Shown: piece by piece, positions 57,501-64,000 of the stretch | Numbering within the stretch: the first letter of the stretch is position 1 | How the letters are laid out: every line of letters starts with the position of its first letter | DNA from: Schizosaccharomyces osmophilus | Lineage: Eukaryota | Length of the DNA stretch: 64,000 bases | Reading direction: 5' to 3' | NCBI RefSeq assembly: GCF_027921745.1 | Contig: NC_079239.1 | Location: forward strand, 310,001-374,000 | Notes under the pieces: generated by a model | Databases searched by the model: none | What the model was told of the DNA's origin: nothing | The model's input: the letters and a program-made list of their open reading frames with translations, nothing else | Made by a program: the position numbers and the translations under genes

Positions 57501-57748
57501 AGAATTGGCTTGTCGTTGATGGCAAGCTTACAAACAAAGACAAGTCTGCTGTTGACACTGAGAAGTTTGAGGATTTGTCCGAGAAGGACTTGAAGAAAAT
57601 TGAAACCAAGACTACCAAGAAGAAGAAGCTTACTAGGAACGAAATGAAAAACAAAGAGCGTCGTGCTCGTGACAGAGAACTCGCATGGTTATCTTCTCCT
57701 AAGGGTACTCCCAAGCCTAAGACTTTCTTCTCTGATGATGAAGAGTAA
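54575..57748 (+). CDS. elf1: eEF3-like ABCF ATPase Elf1 (New1 orthologue)
   Basis: 1057 aa. HEAT region, two ABC cassettes (GHNGCGKST/LSGG/LLDEPTN; GPNGAGKST/LSGGQ/LDEPTN), chromodomain insertion. Confidence 0.93.
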   Translation: MTSSVLFQGREEDNVLKLLEDLLNAETSKDCANIGEKTGEIFKQDEPLVALKTTGFLDGLEKAARNKKSGFHRESAMIGFASIIPKIGRPCEVDFLPYLPVMLDLFSDRGEVVRSAAKMASDALLNVLPSVSVETRLIPSLIEYLYSSAVKWPSKVAALELLGSLAKTSRNAIAVAMGSLIPCIRERMHDTKGEVSRAAIKCMLDLCTVVENNDIIPHIPKLVDCMARPETLEECIKDLSATTFVATVESVALAVLVPILKRALAERSQIMLRMTVIITDNLCKLVPDPAEASDFLPELIPEVERIAQSAAMPEVRALASHALTTLNKAAAAQAAKAANDAERQAVSGVRTRLHQFVTEHAKCPQNFNIKEVLDYVCDAYVSFYNNKNFNKESWVNEMGIPYLTPFVGENAASESVRKAYDDLHSLYQSLNGPDISDLNIEEEELVNTDFSLAYGGRLLLNHTNLRLYRGHRYGVVGHNGCGKSTLLKAIADYKVENFPTPDQVKTCFVAHSLQGEDTSIAILNFVANDPALANMNVTREEAAGALKSVGFTEDMQQDAVASLSGGWKMKLELARAMLQKADILLLDEPTNHLDVNNIAWLEAYLTAQTQITCLMVSHDSSFLDHVCTDIIHYEGVKNAPKKLGYFPGNLSAFVEKKPEAKSYYTLSATNEKFVFPPPGILAGVRSNTRIILKMTNATYCYPGSSKKSLDDVTCGLSLSSRVAIIGPNGAGKSTLIKVLIGEVIPQEGRVFKHPNLRVGYVAQHAFHHLDQHLEKTPSQYIQWRYSGGQDREVLEKETRKLTDEDRAQLQREITVDGERRRVEALIGRQKYKKSFQYEIKWLGKPHKYNNWIPRDLLLEHGFQKFVQAFDDRESSREGLGFRELIPEDIRKHFEEIGLPGDIADYSPVSSLSGGQKVKVVIAACLWNNPQLLVLDEPTNFLDRDALGGLATAIRDWGGGVVMISHNAEFVSALCPENWLVVDGKLTNKDKSAVDTEKFEDLSEKDLKKIETKTTKKKKLTRNEMKNKERRARDRELAWLSSPKGTPKPKTFFSDDEE

Positions 57749-58232
57749 AAGATTACTGTAAAGTAGTCTGTATGTCTAGCGCTTTTATGTACTTTGATTT
57801 ACTTCCTTTTTGGGGGGCAAGTGAATTTTTGAAGGAACGGGTTATTAATTTATACATCATCCAACTACGTTGGATGATCCCAAAAGCAATAATAGTTTTA
57901 GATGTGGGTTTGGTTTGGTGCTTAATAGATATTTAACTAGACAGGTATATCCATTTTTTGATATAAATAATACATATAGGTTTTGAAGTATAATTTTTAA
58001 TATCGCTACAGAAGTAAAGTACAAAGAAATGAATAAAACAATTGTGAAGTGTTACAAGCTGGAAAGGCATATAAATCAGTTTTTGTTAGTAGCATCACTA
58101 CTTGAGGTATGTAGTTGGAAATACATACATCCGTATTACAGGCTAACATTAACAATTGCCTGCAAATAGTAAATTCGATTCAATAATAGGAATATAGAAC
58201 TTCAAATAGATTCAGATAATACTAGAGCAAGA

Positions 58233-59725
58233 ATGGCATTGAATAAGTTTATGTATACAGGATATAATGTCAGCAGGGATTGTGGATATTGTCGAAGTGG
58301 AGAGCCTACTGAGCACTTTGGACTTTTATCAAAAGAACTAAAATGCGACGTATGTCTAATTTAAATCGATTTTTTCTAGCTTTGAACTAACCTTTGCTTA
58401 TGGTTAGGCGTACCAAAAGCTTGTTGATAGGGGCTGGAGGTAATACATAAACAGGTTCGTTTTCGTGATCGATACTAATAGTTATAGACGTTCGGGGCAT
58501 TATTTATATAAGCCAAACTTGAGGGCCTCTTGCTGTCCGTTGTACACAATTCGGTATGTAAATGGACACTTACAGGCAACGACTTGTGTAGAACTTACTA
58601 ACAATTCAGATTAAATGCGGATGAATTTCAAATCTCTAAAGTACAAAAAAAGGCTATTAAAAAATGGGCCAAATTGGTCACCGGGAAACCATTAAATCAG
58701 ATACCGGCAAAAAATGGTATAGAATACCTTGAGAACGCATTTGAGCAAATAGAGGGATACAGAGATGAAACACACTCATATACTGTCACGTTAGAATCAG
58801 ATGAGTACACCGATGAAAAATTTGATCTGTTCAAAAAGTATCAAACAAGCATCCATCATGAGTCTGAAGAAGAAGTGACCAAGAAAGGATTTGAAAGATT
58901 TCTATGTTCCTCTCCTTTTATAAGCGATGACGGCCCGATGAAAAAATGTGGATCTTTTCATCAACTGTATCGTATAAACGGTACTTTGGTTGCTGTTGGT
59001 GTACTCGATTTGCTACCACATGCCGTATCGAGCGTTTACTTGTTTTATGATCCAGAGTTTTCGTCTTTCTCGCTTGGAAGAATAAGTGCTTGCCGTGAAA
59101 TTCTTCTTGCATCTGAAGAGAAATATCAATTCTACTACATGGGTATGCTCGATAGTCACCAACTGACGAGGTAAATTAACAGTAAATTAGGATATTACAT
59201 TCACAAGTGTAAAAAGATGAGATACAAGGGTGAATATAGCCCGAGTTATTTGCTTAACCCGGTAAGTATGATAATGATTTGCAGCAACCCAATTTACTTA
59301 CATAGTATTCAGGAAACAAACGGTTGGTTGTCGATCAATCATTTTACAGACTTGTGGGATAACGAAGCCCCAGATTATTTGACGTTTGAGAATATTGGTG
59401 AGAGCAAAGAGTTGTCACCCAAAAGAGTCGATTCTTTACCAAAAGTTTCAGACACTGACGAAGAAGAGCCTCCGTCAGTATACGAACGGAGTTTACCAGG
59501 AATTTTGGATGAAGACGTTGCGAAATCTCTATTGCAAAGAAATCATATTACTATTGGAGATTCAACTTTACCCGTGAAGGTAAGTTTTAGTATTGTGTTA
59601 TAGGTTTTGACGATTTAAAGGCTGTTTTAGGATTTTTTCCCAGGTTGGAGAAATTATATATTGAAGCGAATGCAGCGCTAGGGAAAGATGTTGGCAAGGA
59701 TTATACTCTTGTCTTTTCACAGTAA
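58233..59725 (+). CDS. ate1: Arginyl-tRNA-protein transferase
   Basis: Seven exons: 58233-58349, 58408-58439, 58488-58553, 58610-59142, 59191-59261, 59313-59579, 59621-59725. CGYC, LVDRGWRRSG.YLYKP..SCCP.YTIRL, YYMGYYIH.C.KMRYK motifs. Confidence 0.9.
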
Positions 59726-60669
59726 TTTTTTTTTGTTTCTGTTGTTTGTGATTAGCATATATCTGAGATGTGTCTGAAAAGCTGAGTTATGTATGATTTC
59801 CGATTTCCATACATCTTACGAAACAAGCAATTTTAGACTTTTCTAGGTACGCCATGCAAAATACTCGATGTTGTCCAACAGCAAATTACAAATACAAGAC
59901 TAGTTCATGACATATAAAAAATAAAAAAATAAAACAAACAATTTTTGTTGTTCAAGTAATCAATTCATCCACTAAATAGGGTCTTTGCAGAATGATATTG
60001 GTCTGAAGTATTGCTGCTTTCACTGTCCTATGTAGTTACGATTAACGACTATCCACCATAATTCTTACGACTGCAACAAACCTCTCTTGGAGTGAACAGT
60101 AATTTAGACCTTTTTGTTCAATAGTATATTTACATATCTGAGTTTTGAATAAAAAGATTGATCTCGGCACACGTTTTTGATTTACTTTTCAGGTCATAAA
60201 CTAAGTGTTGGACCGGAAAGCGTACGTTCTTTTGAAATAGTGGCTTTTTCTACTGAAAGTTTCTATTATTATTTTTTTCTATGGGAATACTATTCGAATA
60301 GCTTCTGGTGAAGCATGTAAAAAAGTATCTAAACTTTACATTACACGTTTCCGTCTTTTAATTTGTCTTGGTAATTTTTTGTTTTATTGTTTTATACCCA
60401 AGTTGATTGAAAAGCACGCTTTGTTTGCTTTGCAACTTTTGATACCTTAAGCATTTTTGGCCCTTCTTTAACATCTTGTTTTTGAGCTGCGTTTATATTT
60501 ATATCTTAATTTCTTAAGTATTTATTAGCAAAGGTATTGTCAGTCATTACTTTTTCATCGTTCTTTTGTTTCGTTCTATAACTATAATCTTTGTATTTAC
60601 AATTCGCCAAGTAAAGGATCCTTTTTTTTTTGTTTGCAACTTGCACGGGTTTCCTTTGAAATACTTAAT

Positions 60670-62616
60670 ATGAAAAAATACTTATGGAGAACGCCCTCTA
60701 TGGCAAATCATGGGCGGTCTTTGAAGGAAGTCATGAAATGTACTACTATCGATGATGTTTTCTCTATTGTGCAGAAAGTTGGTGATGGAACGTTTGGTTC
60801 TGTACATTTGGCTACCCGCAAAGACTCGACAAAGGTAGTAGCCATTAAATCTATGAAGAAGAAGTTAGTAAAGATATCCGATGCTGCTAGGCTACGTGAA
60901 GTCCACTCCTTGCTTCATCTTTCAGAGCATGAAAATATTGTTAATATTTTTGACCTTTACATTGATCAACCTTTTTGTTTGCATATCGTAATGGAATTCC
61001 TTGAGTGTAATTTATTTCAGTTGATTAATTCCCGACGAGGCAAGCCGTTTTCTTACAACACTGTTCGAGATATTATGAGTCAGATATTTCAGGGCATAGG
61101 GCACATTCATGCGAATGGCTTCTTTCATCGGGACATGAAACCCGAGAATATTCTGGTATCGCCCGTGGAAAACTCTGATGCATACAAGGTGAAAATAGCA
61201 GACTTCGGGCTTGCGAGGGAAATACACTCGAGCCCACCTTACACGGAATACGTTTCCACTCGCTGGTATCGTGCTCCCGAATTATTGCTTCGAGATTCGT
61301 GTTATTCATGTCCAGTTGACATATACGCTGCAGGTTGTATGGCTTTTGAAGTTGCAACCTTACAGCCAATATTCCCTGGAATGGATGACGTCGATCAGCT
61401 GTATAAAATATGTGAAATTCTAGGAAGTCCGGACGAAGAATCGCAAAATATGGGATTTGGAGGGGGTGGCACATGGAAGCAAGCAGAAAAATTAACAAGA
61501 GAGCTGGGAATCATTCTGCCCAGATTAGCACCTTTAAATTTACGAGAGTTATTCTCTTCGCCATGGAATGGAGCATTTGCATCGATGCTCACCGAACTAT
61601 TACAGTGGAATCCAGATGTCAGACCTAATGCGCGAAAATGTTTGGAGCTTGATTTTTTCAGCGCAGAAGAAGTAAAGGTCGAGAAACCAACGGAAGTGAA
61701 AACGAAACAAGTCGGGAAGGTTAGCGAAGCTCAAGTCTCCATACCAACGTATTCATTTCAGAACATATTTACAAAAGTTACATTACCTTATGTTGCGGAT
61801 AAGACGGGTACGCGTTCTTCGAAGCTATATCAAAAGTTCCATAAAGGAATTACAGGGTTTAAGCGCACGTTTCAAAAGTCGAATAAACAGAAAAAGGGTA
61901 CCAAGACACCACAGCCAATCTCGACGCCGGTGGATCGTCCGCCTTCACCATTTTTCCCTGTACTTCCCCAAATACGTCCCTCGACACCTTTGAACTTGAA
62001 ATTGAGAAACTATATGCTTTCAAGTGCAGAGTATAATGCAACCAACAAGAGTATGCCGATGTTTATGGAAACTTCGCAATCGGCGGGTTTGAGTCAATTG
62101 AATGACAAGGAGAATAGACAAATTCGAAGAAAATCAACAGATGCCAGTTCTCTAAAGCATTTCACGTCAGGCGCTAGAAAATCGGTGCCATCGTATTCCG
62201 ATGTGGAAACCATTTCTCCTACAACCTTAAACGATAAGAGCGCGACACTTCGTTCAAGCAAATTCAGTGGACTTTCGAATGGCAGTTCGAGATCAACAGC
62301 GCAAACGTATTCGGTTTTGCTGGATTCTGCAGATTGGGAGCAAACGTCGCTTTGGGAGAAGAGTAGTCTGAAAGGGAATTCAGATGCTCAAGTGACGAAA
62401 CGGTCTTTAAAAAGTTTCAAAGGTGAGGAGGCGGACGAGAAGGGGGAGAATGATTCTAAACCGGACCTTGGTTTACGAAAGTCTTCAATTTTGTCTTCCA
62501 ACATCCTCGAACATGATTTCCCGGATTTCGGTGTCACATCCCTTGCAGATACATTGGGTGTTCCTGGCTTGCCTACAAGGTCCGATTCGCATGTAACATC
62601 TCAAACCATTTCTTAA
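60670..62616 (+). CDS. pit1: Ime2/MAK-family Ser/Thr kinase
   Basis: 648 aa from ATG 60670. GDGTFGSV, HRDMKPEN, DFGLARE, TEY activation loop YTEYVSTRWYRAPE. Syntenic with ate1 and elf1. Confidence 0.88.
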   Translation: MKKYLWRTPSMANHGRSLKEVMKCTTIDDVFSIVQKVGDGTFGSVHLATRKDSTKVVAIKSMKKKLVKISDAARLREVHSLLHLSEHENIVNIFDLYIDQPFCLHIVMEFLECNLFQLINSRRGKPFSYNTVRDIMSQIFQGIGHIHANGFFHRDMKPENILVSPVENSDAYKVKIADFGLAREIHSSPPYTEYVSTRWYRAPELLLRDSCYSCPVDIYAAGCMAFEVATLQPIFPGMDDVDQLYKICEILGSPDEESQNMGFGGGGTWKQAEKLTRELGIILPRLAPLNLRELFSSPWNGAFASMLTELLQWNPDVRPNARKCLELDFFSAEEVKVEKPTEVKTKQVGKVSEAQVSIPTYSFQNIFTKVTLPYVADKTGTRSSKLYQKFHKGITGFKRTFQKSNKQKKGTKTPQPISTPVDRPPSPFFPVLPQIRPSTPLNLKLRNYMLSSAEYNATNKSMPMFMETSQSAGLSQLNDKENRQIRRKSTDASSLKHFTSGARKSVPSYSDVETISPTTLNDKSATLRSSKFSGLSNGSSRSTAQTYSVLLDSADWEQTSLWEKSSLKGNSDAQVTKRSLKSFKGEEADEKGENDSKPDLGLRKSSILSSNILEHDFPDFGVTSLADTLGVPGLPTRSDSHVTSQTIS

Positions 62617-62760
62617 TTGCATGCCAGGAGCAGTTTAATTTTTTATTTTTTATTTTTTTATTTTTTATTCTTTTGTCTCTGTTTTTTGGTTTTTTGTTTG
62701 CGCTTACATTTTTGGAAAGGAGATTTTGTGTATCGTTCTGTTCTATCTGAACGATGCGTT

Positions 62761-62798
62761 TTAATCTAATCTATTCTATTCTAATCTATTCTATTCTA
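62761..62798. repeat. (CTATT/CTAAT)n pentanucleotide microsatellite in the pit1 3' region
   Basis: ttaatctaatctattctattctaatctattctattcta. Confidence 0.7.
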
Positions 62799-63320
62799 CC
62801 GACTTGTATTGTTTCTTTTGGCTTGACAAATCCAACAGCGCGGTTTTCATTAAGAGGATATCTCCATTGTTTTGGGTATTTACTACTTTCTTTTTTCTTA
62901 CACCAAAGGCTTGATTGTTTATGCTTTCACATTCTTCTCATGGATGGATTGGTGTCGCTTGGATTCGAACCCCAGGCATCAACAGACAATTCCTTTCACT
63001 CTCTTGCTCTTACCCATTCCCTCTCGTTATCCTTTGATAACGAATCTTAATAACTCTTTTTTAATAAACAATAAAATTGGCATATTGTTATTTTTAGCAC
63101 ACACAAAAATAAATAAACAAACAAACAATAGTCATAGTTAGCCGCGTAAAAGAACCTCTCTATATGGACCCTTCTAGTGCTTCCTACAAAACCCAAACAG
63201 AAGCTGTGGCTGCCATTTTAATTTTCGGCGAACCTTAATCCTTTAAGCGACGAATGAAAGGAAGTTGATGTCGTTTGAACTGATCATGCTCTCATACCTT
63301 ACTGGGTATCTTCGAATACC

Positions 63321-63327
63321 ACGTCAT
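63321..63327 (-). promoter_or_regulatory. M26/CRE heptamer ATGACGT (Atf1-Pcr1)
   Basis: ACGTCAT on the plus strand, followed by TATATAA near 63363 and GCGGGG near 63370, upstream of mug191. Confidence 0.5.
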
Positions 63328-63744
63328 TTAGGTTTGGCATTTCGTCAGTCATCTTTGTTATTTATATAAGCGGGGATCTCCGCCTTGTCACAATCCTGAT
63401 CGTTGCGAGCGCTGAACCTTTGGAGACTTGCATCTATCTCCAGTTTTTAAAGTTTACTGTTTATCGTTTGTGTGTGTGCTAAAAGTATATTTTCTTTAAG
63501 CGGTTGTTTAAATTACAGACTGTTTGGAGGATAGTTTACGATTTACGACTTGTGCGACAATTGCTTTTACGATTTGTTTGACGTTGTGTCGTTGTGTTAA
63601 TAATTATCTATTGGTCTTTATTTTCTAGTTTCCTGGTTTCCTTTTTTCAAAACCACAATATTCACGATTCAAAACCCTGGATTTTCCTCTTCTCTACCTG
63701 CAGACCGACAACCAACGATTACGTTTGATCGATTTACTTCAAAA

Positions 63745-64000
63745 ATGACTGGCGATAAATATTTGGACGGTGGTTTGGCGGCCCTGCAAAAATGCTATAA
63801 ATCCTTCTTTGACAAGCTTTCCGACAAGATGGGAAGCGCTGAAAATGTGTCTGGGACATACGACGATGGTGGTAGTCATATTTACTTAGTTTGGTCGGTT
63901 GCCGTGTATGCCGAGGCAATGGCAGATTCTCTCAAGTTTACAAACAAGTATGAAAAGAAATTTGAAAATGTGTTTCAATGTTTAAAGAAATACTGGTCTC
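63745..64000 (+). CDS. mug191: GH76 alpha-1,6-mannanase-like protein, 5' part only (truncated by the window)
   Basis: Open frame MTGDKYLDGGLAALQKCYKSFF...IYLVWSVAVYAEAMADSL...LKKYWS runs to the window end. Follows pit1 as in S. pombe SPAC3C7.05c. Confidence 0.75.
   Translation, partial: MTGDKYLDGGLAALQKCYKSFFDKLSDKMGSAENVSGTYDDGGSHIYLVWSVAVYAEAMADSLKFTNKYEKKFENVFQCLKKYWS

Noticed and set aside
51334..57714. Long antisense ORFs within utp5 and elf1 (e.g. 51334-51903, 54787-55537)
   Set aside because: Shadow frames of well-supported genes with no motifs of their own.
1..64000. Transposons, LTRs, wtf/5S rDNA units, CRISPR arrays or prokaryotic-type systems
   Set aside because: No RT, integrase or transposase motifs, no TG..CA LTR pair, no 5S rRNA sequence and no regularly spaced repeats were seen.

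Overview
Eukaryotic, gene-dense, intron-containing fission-yeast DNA. It is Schizosaccharomyces but clearly not S. pombe itself; the S. octosporus/cryophilus/osmophilus clade is my inference. Gene names are S. pombe orthologues recognised from memory of protein motifs and gene order, not from a database search. About 31 protein genes and one tRNA-Arg(ACG) are present, in this order: rdl1, dri1/nrp1, ebp2, SPAC17H9.06c-like, srp21, CoA carrier, ras1, ddb1, gmf1, cyc2, pro2, pdi2, tom22, mdm10, cdt2, psc3, SPAC607.02c-like | tip1, zwf2, obr1, tRNA-Arg, fft3, atg14, acp2, bdf2, utp5, dsc3 | elf1, ate1, pit1, mug191 (truncated by the window end). The bars mark two apparent synteny breakpoints relative to S. 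pombe chromosome I. I see no transposon, LTR, wtf/5S rDNA unit or CRISPR. The best novelty candidate is a hand-assembled 4-exon orphan gene on the minus strand (42307-41695) starting with an N-myristoylation-type motif MGRSNSK. It sits where S. pombe has the DUF185/NDUFAF7-like gene, and the ORF track shows only its last exon. Other notable signals: a tandemly duplicated ATG+donor micro-exon in acp2, a histone-type AACCCT box upstream of bdf2, a palindromic MCB cassette plus FLEX site between cdt2 and psc3, a C-terminal SDEL on Pdi2, and a possible frameshift at the 5' end of rdl1.
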